A DNA stretch of 32,000 bases, from positions 2,006 through 34,005 of the forward strand of contig JAJYDQ010000037.1 in NCBI GenBank assembly GCA_021777225.1, given 5' to 3'. The position numbers were made by a program, and so were the translations under genes. Within the stretch, counting starts at the first letter, position 1. Each line of letters begins with the position of its first letter. The notes under the pieces were generated by a model. That model was given only the letters and a program-made list of their open reading frames with translations. It had not been told where the DNA came from and did no database searches. Shown piece by piece: positions 8,435-17,281 of this stretch. Source of the DNA: Deltaproteobacteria bacterium. GTDB lineage: Bacteria; Desulfobacterota; Desulfomonilia; Desulfomonilales; Desulfomonilaceae.

Positions 8435-9841
8435 ATGAAAGACATGAGAGATTTTGTCAGGGAAGCTGAGGCAAAAGGACTCTGCAAAAGGATTAAGGCG
8501 GAGGTGGACTGGGACCTCGAACTGTCACATATCGCCAAACTCAACGAGGAACAAAGCGGTCCCGCTCTGTTATTTGAAAATGTAAGGGATTATCACACAC
8601 CGGTAATCACCAGCGTATGCACTACGACGGAACGTCTGTCATTGATCATGGGGCAGCCACTCGGCTCAACCTTAGTGAATCTTTATGACGCGTGGGCCAG
8701 GTTAGGCGAGAATCTGCTTCCTCCTAAGTATATTGACAAGGCGGCAGCGCCGTGCAAGGAAAATATTTTGACCGGAGACCAGATCGATCTCTACAAGTTC
8801 CCGGTTCCCCGATGGTACCCACTGGATGGCGGGCGTTATATAGGCACTGCCCACTTTTACATTACGAAAGATCCTGAAACAGGCTGGGTCAACCTGGGTA
8901 CTTACCGCGCGCAACTACTGGGAAAGGACAAGATCGGAACCCAGTTCATCAAGGGCAAACACGCCGACATCATGCTAAAAAAATATAAGGCATTGGGCAA
9001 ACCGATGCCTGTGGCCTCGATAATTGGATGTGACCCTTTGCTTTTCATCATGGGGGCGGCCCGAATATCCGCTTCCGTGTCGGAATATGACGTGGCCGGA
9101 GCCCTCAGGGGAACTCCTGTTGAAGTAGTAAAGGGAGAAACCGTCGATCTGCCCATCCCAGCGCATGCCGAAATCGTTATCGAAGGTGAGGTGGACGCCG
9201 ACAAATTCATGGAAGAAGGACCGTTTGGCGAGTACACCGGTTATTACTCTGGCGTGGGCGCCGACCCGCGAAATTTCGTGAATGTGAAATGCGTCACTCA
9301 CCGAAATAATCCCATTCTGTGGGGAACCACAGTGGGTCGGGCAGTGACCGACACTCATATGACCATGGCGCTTTCCTACGGAGCGACCCTCTGGCAGCAA
9401 CTCCTCGCTATGAAGATACCGGGTTTAAAAGCCGTTTACTGTCCCCCCGAAGGGTCGGGCAGATTCCTTGCTATCATCTCTGTTAAACAGATGTATCCAG
9501 GCCATGCGGACCAAGTGCTGACAGCGGCAATCTCTACGGAGATGGGCGCATATGGTCTAAAAACAGTGATCGTTGTAGATGAAGACATCGATCCATGGGA
9601 TATCCCACGAGTGATGTACGCGCTCAGCTTCAGATTTCAACCCAACCGTTCTCAGGTCATCAAGCGGGGCAGATCAACACCGTTGGATCCTTCACTGCCG
9701 ATCGACGCCAGAGACATAACTGGCCGTCTCCTCCTGGATGCTACCATTCCTTATGACTGGAAAGAGAAGCCAATTCCTATCGAACTGGACCCAAAAGTGG
9801 TGGAAAGAGTCAAGGGAAGGTGGTCCGAACTGGGACTTTGA
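8435..9841 (+). CDS. UbiD-family prFMN-dependent (de)carboxylase
   Basis: MKDMRDFV N-terminus, NLGTYRAQL, HAEIVIEGEV and EGPFGEYTGYYSG are UbiD-family signatures. ATG 8435 is preferred because AAGGAG abuts ATG 8423 with zero spacing. Confidence 0.9.
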   Translation: MKDMRDFVREAEAKGLCKRIKAEVDWDLELSHIAKLNEEQSGPALLFENVRDYHTPVITSVCTTTERLSLIMGQPLGSTLVNLYDAWARLGENLLPPKYIDKAAAPCKENILTGDQIDLYKFPVPRWYPLDGGRYIGTAHFYITKDPETGWVNLGTYRAQLLGKDKIGTQFIKGKHADIMLKKYKALGKPMPVASIIGCDPLLFIMGAARISASVSEYDVAGALRGTPVEVVKGETVDLPIPAHAEIVIEGEVDADKFMEEGPFGEYTGYYSGVGADPRNFVNVKCVTHRNNPILWGTTVGRAVTDTHMTMALSYGATLWQQLLAMKIPGLKAVYCPPEGSGRFLAIISVKQMYPGHADQVLTAAISTEMGAYGLKTVIVVDEDIDPWDIPRVMYALSFRFQPNRSQVIKRGRSTPLDPSLPIDARDITGRLLLDATIPYDWKEKPIPIELDPKVVERVKGRWSELGL

Positions 9842-9897
9842 ATATTAGATTACCAAACAGAAAATGCTGATCAGTTCGGTCTATGGAGGATGTCTAG

Positions 9898-11559
9898 ATG
9901 AAACCTATTCGTTATAAGCAGAAAATGGTGGATGAATTCGTAAAGGACGGATACTGGACTCAAGAGACCTTTTATGATTTCTGGGACAGAAACGCCCGTG
10001 AATATGGAGAAAGAGAGGCCCTGGTCGATTCCAAATACCGGTTGACTTGGGCCGAGGCTAAGCATCTCGTGGACGCAATGGCTATTTCATGGGTTGAAAT
10101 GGGAATTCCGAAGCATTCCCGTATTATCATTCAGTCCCCCAACAGCGTTTACGGTTTTTTGTCCAGGATCGCTTGTGAAAGAGCCGGCCTCATCTCATTG
10201 ACGGTTTATCCATACCTTCGTCAAAGAGAACTTGAATACATGGTTGAGCGGACAGAGGCATCGGCCGTTATCATCCTAAACATTTACAACAAATTCAATT
10301 ACCTGGAAATGTATAAAGGACTGCAAAAGCAGTTTCCGCATTTGAAAAATATATTTCTGTTTGACAACGAAGTACCGGATTCCGCGCCCGAAGGAACATT
10401 TTCGCTTACCCGCATCGTAAATGAACGTGCCCAAAAGCCCGTGGACGAATCCATCCTTGCGGAAAGAAGACTCGATCCCATATGGAATGTGGCGCTACTG
10501 ACCACTACATCGGGAACTACCGGAATCCCTAAACTTGTGGAATGGCCTATAGCCCCGCGGCTTTGTACGTCCAAGGGCCGTGTGGATATCTGGAAACTGA
10601 ACATGGATGATATCACTATGGCAATCGCTCCCCATGCCGGAGGCGCCGCTGGCACACTCACCTATTTTGCAGCGCCACTTGTCGGGGCAAAGACTGCCAT
10701 GTTGGAGGAATTCTCTCCGGACGGGGCCTTGGCGCTTATTGAAAAGGAAAAGGCGACTGCCATCGGTGTCGTGCCCACTCACTTGGTGAGAATGCTCGAC
10801 GCGGATACGTCCAAGTATGATATGAACTCGCTTCGTTTTATCCGTTCAGCTGGAGGCTATCTTTCTCCACAGGTTGCAGAGGAAGCCGAGCGGGCTTTCG
10901 GCGCATCCATTACGAGCGATCTTGGCACACAGGACATGGGATCGGTATCAGGATGTCGCGTTGAGGATTCCAGAGATTTACGACGTAGGACAGTGGGGCG
11001 GATGCTTCCGGGAAACCAGGTTCGCCTCATAGACGAGGAAAACAAGAACGAAGTTCCAGACGGAGAACCCGGTGTCCTTTATTTCAGAGGCCCCCATGCG
11101 CCGGCCGGTTACTACCGCGACGAAGAACTCACGGCCACGGTCTTCGATCCGAACGGATGGACCACCACCGGCGATATCGTCAAATTCGACCAGGAGTGCC
11201 TGTGGATACTTGGAAGGGCCAAGGATATGATCATCCGGGGAGGACAGAATATTTATCCGGCTGAAATCGAGGGCCTATTGAACGATCATCCCAAGGTGGC
11301 ATCGGTTGCGGTTGTCGGATACCCGGATAGGGAAATGGGAGAACGGGCATGCGCATACGTAATTCCCAAAGCCGGTGACCAATTCACCTTCAAGGAAATG
11401 GTGGAGTTCTTGAAATCTAGGAATATCGCAATGTTCAAACTCCCGGAGCGACTGGAATTGGTGTCCGAGTTTCCCACCGTGGGAGATTCCGGAAAGGTTA
11501 ACAAAGAGGCTCTGAAGAAGGACATCAGGGAAAAGGTCGAAACGGAGGGCAAATCTTGA
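9898..11559 (+). CDS. AMP-forming acyl/aryl-CoA ligase (adenylate-forming superfamily)
   Basis: 553 aa. TTTSGTTGIPKLV (AMP-binding P-loop), GWTTTGDIV and GRAKDMIIRGGQNIYPAEIE. The N-terminus resembles aryl-acid (EntE/benzoate-type) ligases. GGAGGA SD present. Confidence 0.9.
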   Translation: MKPIRYKQKMVDEFVKDGYWTQETFYDFWDRNAREYGEREALVDSKYRLTWAEAKHLVDAMAISWVEMGIPKHSRIIIQSPNSVYGFLSRIACERAGLISLTVYPYLRQRELEYMVERTEASAVIILNIYNKFNYLEMYKGLQKQFPHLKNIFLFDNEVPDSAPEGTFSLTRIVNERAQKPVDESILAERRLDPIWNVALLTTTSGTTGIPKLVEWPIAPRLCTSKGRVDIWKLNMDDITMAIAPHAGGAAGTLTYFAAPLVGAKTAMLEEFSPDGALALIEKEKATAIGVVPTHLVRMLDADTSKYDMNSLRFIRSAGGYLSPQVAEEAERAFGASITSDLGTQDMGSVSGCRVEDSRDLRRRTVGRMLPGNQVRLIDEENKNEVPDGEPGVLYFRGPHAPAGYYRDEELTATVFDPNGWTTTGDIVKFDQECLWILGRAKDMIIRGGQNIYPAEIEGLLNDHPKVASVAVVGYPDREMGERACAYVIPKAGDQFTFKEMVEFLKSRNIAMFKLPERLELVSEFPTVGDSGKVNKEALKKDIREKVETEGKS

Positions 11560-12806
11560 TGGAACGAGTAGTGCTGCTCTTGTCGACACTGGACACAAAA
11601 GGTCTCGAAACCTTTTATCTTAGAGATTCTATTAAAAGTAAGGGTGGCACGTGCTCTATCCTGGACATGAGTATGTCCGGAGAATTTCCCGGCGCGGATA
11701 TATCCTCCTCCGAGACCGCTCGTGCCGCAGGAGCAGATATCGAGGACATTCGGGTTTCCAAAGAGAGAAAGAAAATAACCAGGCAGATGATTGAAGGCGC
11801 AATTAAAATTGTGACCGATTTCTTCAAATCAGGGCGTCTAGCGGGTGTAATAGGTCTGGGAGGTTCTACTGGCAGCCTGATGGCGACTGATGTCATGAGA
11901 GCCTTGCCATTTGGGGTTCCAAAATTTATGGTCAGCTCCACTGCCGCTCTGCCGGGCCTGGCTACGCGATACATAGGAACTGGAGATATCGCAGTGTTGC
12001 ACACTGTGGTAGAGATTGCCGGTTTGTCTAAACCTCTAATGAACCTACTCGATAGGGCGGCGGCGGCCATCACTGGAATGGCCATGGTTGATTCACTTAC
12101 TGTAGAATCATCGCGGAATAGTGGAATTCCTCTTGTCGCCATGTCTATGTTCGGTCCCACCGAACGCTGCGCCCATTACGTGCGACAAAGTCTAGAATCC
12201 AAAGGATATCAGGTAATCGGATTCTCGGCCGCTGGAGTTTGTGACAGGGCCATGGAACAAATGATTTCGGAAGGTTTCTTTGACGGTGTCGTGGAATTAG
12301 CGCCAGGTGGAGTGGGAGAAGAATATCTTGGCGCCATGAGAGCCGCTGGCGCAAATCGTCTGACCAGCGCAGCTAAAATGGGCATTCCCCAGGTAATCAC
12401 GCCGGGTGGGGTCAATCTCACCAGCCCACGAAAATCACATTACAAACCAGAGCATCATGAACGCCGCAAATTCGAACTAGATGAACTCCGAACGTTCTTG
12501 AGGGTCTCTGATGAAGAGATTGTCGGAGTGGCCAGGGTTTTTGCCGAGAAGCTCAACCAGGCAAAAGGGCCTATTATTTTTCTCTTTCCCGCACAAGGTT
12601 GGTCCGCCGTCGACCCAACAACGGGACATATGTTTGATAGAGATCAGGACAGGTTGTTTCTCAGGACTCTAAAAGAGGCCCTTGCATCTAATCAGATCAC
12701 CATTAGAGAAGTAGACGCCAATCTGGAGGAACAGACTTTTGCTGAGGCAGTCGCATCCGCTTGTCTGGATATCTTCCCTAAGACTTTTAAATCTCTAAAA
12801 GATTAG
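11559..12806 (+). CDS. Tm-1-like / UPF0261 family putative ATP-binding protein, copy 2
   Basis: LLSTLDTKG, GLGGSTGS and ITPGGVN motifs. Roughly one-third identical by eye to the ORF at 1675-2886. Its ATG overlaps the ligase stop (TGATG), and GGAGGG lies 8 nt upstream. Confidence 0.8.
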   Translation: MERVVLLLSTLDTKGLETFYLRDSIKSKGGTCSILDMSMSGEFPGADISSSETARAAGADIEDIRVSKERKKITRQMIEGAIKIVTDFFKSGRLAGVIGLGGSTGSLMATDVMRALPFGVPKFMVSSTAALPGLATRYIGTGDIAVLHTVVEIAGLSKPLMNLLDRAAAAITGMAMVDSLTVESSRNSGIPLVAMSMFGPTERCAHYVRQSLESKGYQVIGFSAAGVCDRAMEQMISEGFFDGVVELAPGGVGEEYLGAMRAAGANRLTSAAKMGIPQVITPGGVNLTSPRKSHYKPEHHERRKFELDELRTFLRVSDEEIVGVARVFAEKLNQAKGPIIFLFPAQGWSAVDPTTGHMFDRDQDRLFLRTLKEALASNQITIREVDANLEEQTFAEAVASACLDIFPKTFKSLKD

Positions 12807-12905
12807 AATTCTGATTCCAGGTTCTGGGAAACTATTGGTTGCAAAAACCTCGGCTTGAATTCGATAACGTGGAATTACTCCCTACAAACGATTCAGGAGG
12901 CTATA

Positions 12906-13547
12906 ATGTTTGTTAGAAATTGGATGCATCCTCAAGAATTGTCAATCTCAAGTGACGCTTTGGCGACCGAAGCTGTTACGCTAATTTCGCAGAATAACCT
13001 GAAAATGCTTCCGGTGGTTGACAACGGCCGATTAAGGGGAGTTGTCCACAGAAGAGACCTTAGCGAGGCGGCGACCTGTGTAAGTGAAAGTGGTAACACA
13101 TGTGAAATGAACTACTTCTGCAACAAGCTCAAGGTAAAGGATGTCATGGTCCGCATGCCTGTGACTGTCTCTGTCGATGACAGTGTTGAAGACGTGCTTA
13201 TGAAGGGTCGAGAACGAACAATGAGCACTTTTCCTGTAATGGACGGGGACAAAGTGGTGGGGGTGCTTTCCGACCGAGAGATTTTTGTGATGCTTTTCAA
13301 ACTCTTGGAGGTAGGGCTGGAATGCACTCGAATTACGCTTACGGATGTAAATCTTCAAGAAGGAACCTTGTCGAAGATTCTAAAAATTGTGGAGGACAGT
13401 AACTGTATGATCCGTGCGGTCTTTACCGTACCGGAAGGGAAGAACGGGATAGCCCGTGTTGTGTTGCGCACTGAATGTCAGGATTCTGGAACTTTGAGAA
13501 AAAATTTGCAGGATAGTGGCTTTCATATATTAGAATTCAAGGAATAA
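12906..13547 (+). CDS. CBS-domain pair protein, comparable to phenylphosphate synthase stimulatory protein PpsC
   Basis: Two CBS signatures (LKMLPVVDNGRLRGVVHRRDL; TFPVMDGDKVVGVLSDREI) plus a C-terminal ACT-like region. About 213 aa after trimming to ATG 12906, which has AGGAGG 5 nt upstream. Confidence 0.7.
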   Translation: MFVRNWMHPQELSISSDALATEAVTLISQNNLKMLPVVDNGRLRGVVHRRDLSEAATCVSESGNTCEMNYFCNKLKVKDVMVRMPVTVSVDDSVEDVLMKGRERTMSTFPVMDGDKVVGVLSDREIFVMLFKLLEVGLECTRITLTDVNLQEGTLSKILKIVEDSNCMIRAVFTVPEGKNGIARVVLRTECQDSGTLRKNLQDSGFHILEFKE

Positions 13548-13565
13548 GTTAAAGAGGAGCCTGAC

Positions 13566-14165
13566 ATGTTTGGACCTTTCCATGAAGTATATGAATTAGC
13601 AAAGCCATTTCTCAATACCAGGAATAACGAAATCCACATGAAGATATCATATGCGTTTTGTAGTAAATTGCTGGAAAGAGAAGGTGGTGTGGAAACTGTG
13701 GCTAAGCCAGCCATAATACTTCACGATGTGGGATGGAAAATGGTACCAGAAGAATTGCAACTTAAAGCATTCGGTCCGCATGAATACGACAGAAAAATTA
13801 ATCGAATACACGAGGTAGAAGGAGCGCGAATAGCGCGTGAGATCCTTGAAAAAGTAAAATATGATCCCGTGTTGATCGATGAAATTGCTGAGATCATTTT
13901 GGGACACGATTCCCGTCAAGACCCTTTGTCCATTAGTGACGCCATTGTAAAAGACGCCGACAAACTGTGGCGTTTTTCTCAAGAAGCTTTAATAATCGAT
14001 AGCGAGCGGTTTAGTATAGATCCTCGCGTCCATGCAGTATGGCTAGGTCAACAAATAGACGGATGGTTAATAACCGAAACCGGTCGCAAGACAGCTCGTG
14101 AAGAACAACAACTTAGGATCGCAGGCCTCGAAAAGCCTACGGTCAACCCGAGTGGCCAAAAATAA
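13566..14165 (+). CDS. HD-domain metal-dependent phosphohydrolase, paralog 1
   Basis: H...HD motif (AIILHDVGW), ILGHDS and VKDADKLW. Close paralog of 23791-24372. Confidence 0.8.
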   Translation: MFGPFHEVYELAKPFLNTRNNEIHMKISYAFCSKLLEREGGVETVAKPAIILHDVGWKMVPEELQLKAFGPHEYDRKINRIHEVEGARIAREILEKVKYDPVLIDEIAEIILGHDSRQDPLSISDAIVKDADKLWRFSQEALIIDSERFSIDPRVHAVWLGQQIDGWLITETGRKTAREEQQLRIAGLEKPTVNPSGQK

Positions 14166-14212
14166 AGGCTTCGGAAACGGATTCCAGGTAAACTTTCGGC
14201 ATCGAATACCTT

Positions 14213-15133
14213 TCACAGAACCGGGTTCCGTTCCAATGGAGGTTGCGCCGGGAGCAGGAACTCAAGGAAGGCGGTGTCAGCCTTCGATAGCGTGCGTTGT
14301 TTCTTCACGATTACATCAATTCCCAATATAAAAGGCCCTTCCAAAAGAGGAATCTCAACCAATCGTCCTGCCTGAAGGTCCGGCTCAACGCCCATTTTCG
14401 CCAACATAGCCATACCTTTTCCCATTTCTACAAGTTCTTTTATAAAATCAACGTTCCCTGTTTCAATAAATGCTGAGGGAGCAAAACCCTGGGTTTCAAA
14501 AATTTCATCCACAAGTCGTCGCGTTCCAGATCCTTTTTCCCTTAGAATGAGATTTTCATGACGCAAATCCTGAATTGAGATTGCCGATCGAGAACAAAAT
14601 AGGTGCCCTGGAGCAGTAACCAGGACGATTTGATCCCGGCTGAATGGGATTACTTTCAATTTTTCGTCATAAATTAAGCGCCCGACAATGGCCAAATCAA
14701 TTCGATCTTCTAGAACACTTCTAATCATTTCTTCGGAACTGCCTTCATCAATCTGAATCTGTACTGTTGGATATGCTTCCCTAAATTTTGAGATATAACG
14801 ACTCATGAGGTATTTTACCAGAGTCTTGGTGCTTCCAATTTTTAAGATTGCAAGTGACGTTTTAGCATCTCGCTTCAAAAGATTGTCCACCTCTGCAACA
14901 AGTTCAAAGATTCTCCCAGCAATCATGTAAACTTTCTTGCCGGTTTCTGTTAATTCGAGGCCTCTCTTCTTTCTGACTAGAAGTCGTACACCATATTGTT
15001 CCTCCATTGCCTTGATCTGCATACTTACAGCCGGTTGGCTGATGAAGAGTTTTTCCGCCGCAAGGGAGATGCTCCCACAACTGGCGGCGAGATAGAATGC
15101 CCTAAATTGATTGAGGTTAAGGTCTATTCCCAT
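14213..15133 (-). CDS. LysR-family transcriptional regulator 2
   Basis: HTH ISLAAEKLFISQPAVSMQIKAMEEQ plus a LysR effector domain (ILREKGSGTR). Start set at ATG 15133 (MGIDLNLNQFRAF), which aligns with the N-terminus of LysR 1; ATG 15145 is also possible. Confidence 0.85.
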   Translation of the reverse strand: MGIDLNLNQFRAFYLAASCGSISLAAEKLFISQPAVSMQIKAMEEQYGVRLLVRKKRGLELTETGKKVYMIAGRIFELVAEVDNLLKRDAKTSLAILKIGSTKTLVKYLMSRYISKFREAYPTVQIQIDEGSSEEMIRSVLEDRIDLAIVGRLIYDEKLKVIPFSRDQIVLVTAPGHLFCSRSAISIQDLRHENLILREKGSGTRRLVDEIFETQGFAPSAFIETGNVDFIKELVEMGKGMAMLAKMGVEPDLQAGRLVEIPLLEGPFILGIDVIVKKQRTLSKADTAFLEFLLPAQPPLERNPVL

Positions 15134-15149
15134 GTCCAGCCGCATCAAA

Positions 15150-15166
15150 TATAAGTTTTTCTTATA
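15150..15166. promoter_or_regulatory. LysR-type operator (T-N11-A dyad) TATAAG-ttttt-CTTATA
   Basis: Perfect 6-5-6 palindrome with arms identical to the site at 3895-3911. It lies between lysR2 and the flavoprotein operon. Confidence 0.55.
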
Positions 15167-15186
15167 AGAGCATAAAATTTAGTGAT

Positions 15187-15216
15187 TTGACATGTCAAGC
15201 AAAATACTGTGATCCT
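15187..15216 (+). promoter_or_regulatory. Candidate promoter TTGACA-N18-GATCCT; the -35 sits in the 12-nt palindrome TTGACATGTCAA, which presents TTGACA on both strands
   Basis: Read directly. The -35 starts 20 nt after the LysR box, as at the first locus. On the minus strand, TTGACA (15198-15193) followed by 18 nt and TATGCT (15174-15169) could drive lysR2. Confidence 0.35.
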
Positions 15217-15341
15217 AACATTCAACATGATCTGACCGTAACCAAGGTTGCGCTTGGCTGTTTTCGGCTTGGCACAACAACACGTGTATGGATCCAAACA
15301 CTCCACGGCCCAACTTAACCCTCAGCAAGGAGGAACCGGAA

Positions 15342-16967
15342 ATGGCTGAAGAGTACGACGGGATTATCCTCGGCGCCGGCCCCAATGGTTTGACTGTAGC
15401 GGCATATCTCGCCAGAGCCGGCCTGAAGATTCTTCTTTTGGAAAAACGTTTCGAAGCAGGAGGAGGACTGGCCACGGAACAGGTAACGTTACCGGGGTTC
15501 CTTCATAACACACATGCGGTTTACATGCCCATGGTCGATTACGCGCCTCCGTTGAGAGATTTCGACGATTACCTGACAAAGGATTATGATTTGCAATTTG
15601 TGTTCCCGTCACTAGTAATGGCCATGCCATTCGCTGATGGGACCTCGCTCCGACTTTACCAGGATGTTGAAAAAACATGTGAATCCATCGCTGAATTTTC
15701 GAAGAAGGACGCGGAAACTTACAACACGATTCAAAACAGGTTCAGAGAGCTAACAGAGGATTTTCTTGGACCGGCCACCTATGAAATGGCCAAGCCCGCA
15801 TTCGAGCAGATGATAAAGTTACATGCCACGGATGTTGGCAGAGAAATTACAGCATATACTGAAAAAACCCCCAGAGACATTGTAAACGAATTGTTTGAAA
15901 ACGACCGGGTCAGGACTCTGTTTCTTTATCTGTCCTGTATGTGGGGACTGAATTACGACCTGGAGGGGGTCAGTTATCTGGTTCCTTTGTTGTTCAACAG
16001 GGCTACCAATTACAGATTGGTCGTTGGCGGTTCACATCATCTGGCCCATTTGTTCACAAAAGTTCTTTACCGAAACGGTGGGATGATTATTTCTCCTGTC
16101 ACGGTAAAGCGAATCATCATCGAAAACGGCGCTGCCACCGGGGTCGAACTCGAAGATGGTGTTCAATATAAGGCCAGAAAGTTCGTCGCCAGTAGTCTCG
16201 ATCCATTCCAGACTTTTTTCAAGTACGTTGGGGAGGACAACCTCGAGTCGTCCTTTGTAACAAGGACCAAGGATTGGCAATGGGAAAAGTCTAGTCTGTT
16301 TCACGTGCATCTTGCACTGAATGAGGCCCCAAAATTCAAAGCTGCAGAGCAGAACGCGGACATGAATAACGCCTTTATCACGGTTTTGGGTTATGAGAAT
16401 CTCAATAATCTTATCAAACATTACGATGCTATACACCAGGGCGTGTTGTTCCCCGGTGGTTTCAATTGTTGTTTTCCGTCAATACACGACCCAAAGCAGG
16501 CGCCTCCTGGAAAACATACCGCGTTGATTTCACTGCATGCGCCACACGACCTGAAAGATGGCGGAGCGGAGAAATGGTACCGCGTTCGCGAACAGGAAGC
16601 GGATCGATGCGTCGAGATGTTAAGACAATATGCTCCCAATATTTCAGGTGATAACATTATATGGCGATACATAACCAGTCCTCTGGACATAGGAAACAAG
16701 TTCTCGGACATGGTTAAAGGGTCTTACAAACAGGGGGCCTACCTTCCTCTCCAAATGGGATACCTGCGCCCCAACGAAGAGTGTTCCCAGTATGCGACCC
16801 CCGTGAAGAATCTTTATGTCTGCGGCGCCAGCACCTTCCCCGGTGGACTCATAACATTCGGCCCCGGATACAACGCTGCCAATAAAATTGCCGAAGACTT
16901 GGGAATAGACAAATGGTGGGGTGAACCGGATTGCGTTCAAAAGGCAAAGGCAAAAGGGACGTTGTAG
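15342..16967 (+). CDS. FAD-dependent oxidoreductase, phytoene dehydrogenase/amine oxidase-like (CtmA/CtmB-like), paralog 1
   Basis: N-terminal dinucleotide fold YDGIILGAGPNGLTVAAYLARAGLKILLLEKRFEAGGG and a C-terminal FAD motif CGASTFPGGLITFGPGYNAANKI. Trimmed to ATG 15342, with AAGGAGGA 7 nt upstream. Confidence 0.85.
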   Translation: MAEEYDGIILGAGPNGLTVAAYLARAGLKILLLEKRFEAGGGLATEQVTLPGFLHNTHAVYMPMVDYAPPLRDFDDYLTKDYDLQFVFPSLVMAMPFADGTSLRLYQDVEKTCESIAEFSKKDAETYNTIQNRFRELTEDFLGPATYEMAKPAFEQMIKLHATDVGREITAYTEKTPRDIVNELFENDRVRTLFLYLSCMWGLNYDLEGVSYLVPLLFNRATNYRLVVGGSHHLAHLFTKVLYRNGGMIISPVTVKRIIIENGAATGVELEDGVQYKARKFVASSLDPFQTFFKYVGEDNLESSFVTRTKDWQWEKSSLFHVHLALNEAPKFKAAEQNADMNNAFITVLGYENLNNLIKHYDAIHQGVLFPGGFNCCFPSIHDPKQAPPGKHTALISLHAPHDLKDGGAEKWYRVREQEADRCVEMLRQYAPNISGDNIIWRYITSPLDIGNKFSDMVKGSYKQGAYLPLQMGYLRPNEECSQYATPVKNLYVCGASTFPGGLITFGPGYNAANKIAEDLGIDKWWGEPDCVQKAKAKGTL

Positions 16968-16976
16968 GAGGTAAAA

Positions 16977-17237
16977 ATGAAGGTTAATTCGACTGGATTA
17001 GGAAAAACAACCATGGTGGCCCATTTTGCCAACCTTGAAAAAGTTAACGGTGATTCAGCCCCGGCGATGAGACTTAGCATAGAAGCTACAGAACCTGTGC
17101 ATTGGTCTATAAAAGCCACTGTTGGAGGAGACGACCTTAGAGCGTTCGCCTGCATGATGCTAAGACCTTCCAACCTTTTCTGTGTATTAAAGTTACTTAT
17201 TTTTGGGAAAAAGCTCACGCCGCCGGAATCCAATTAG
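16977..17237 (+). CDS. Small hypothetical protein (86 aa) between the two flavoprotein genes
   Basis: Strong AGGAGG SD 5 nt upstream of the ATG and tight packing between neighbours. Hydrophobic C-terminal stretch LFCVLKLLIFG. No family recognised. Confidence 0.55.
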   Translation: MKVNSTGLGKTTMVAHFANLEKVNGDSAPAMRLSIEATEPVHWSIKATVGGDDLRAFACMMLRPSNLFCVLKLLIFGKKLTPPESN

Positions 17238-17281
17238 GCAGAGTTTTTGTCCAATCTTCGCAAAGATAAAGGAGCCTCTCC

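Noticed and set aside
11615-12160. 181-aa minus-strand ORF inside the second Tm-1-like gene. Similar antisense ORFs occur at 8975-9400, 10299-10661, 17432-17863, 21985-22506 and 23576-24019.
   Set aside because: All are antisense to well-supported genes and have no independent signals. They are typical frame shadows in moderately GC-rich coding DNA.
15288-15341. N-terminal extensions suggested by the longest-ORF coordinates: 15288, 21658, 12855, 2949, 3947, 29908, 4275 and 8423.
   Set aside because: In each case an internal ATG or GTG has a properly spaced SD and restores the canonical family N-terminus (GxGxxG fold, TLDTKG, LysR HTH, signal peptide, UbiX MKRIVVG).
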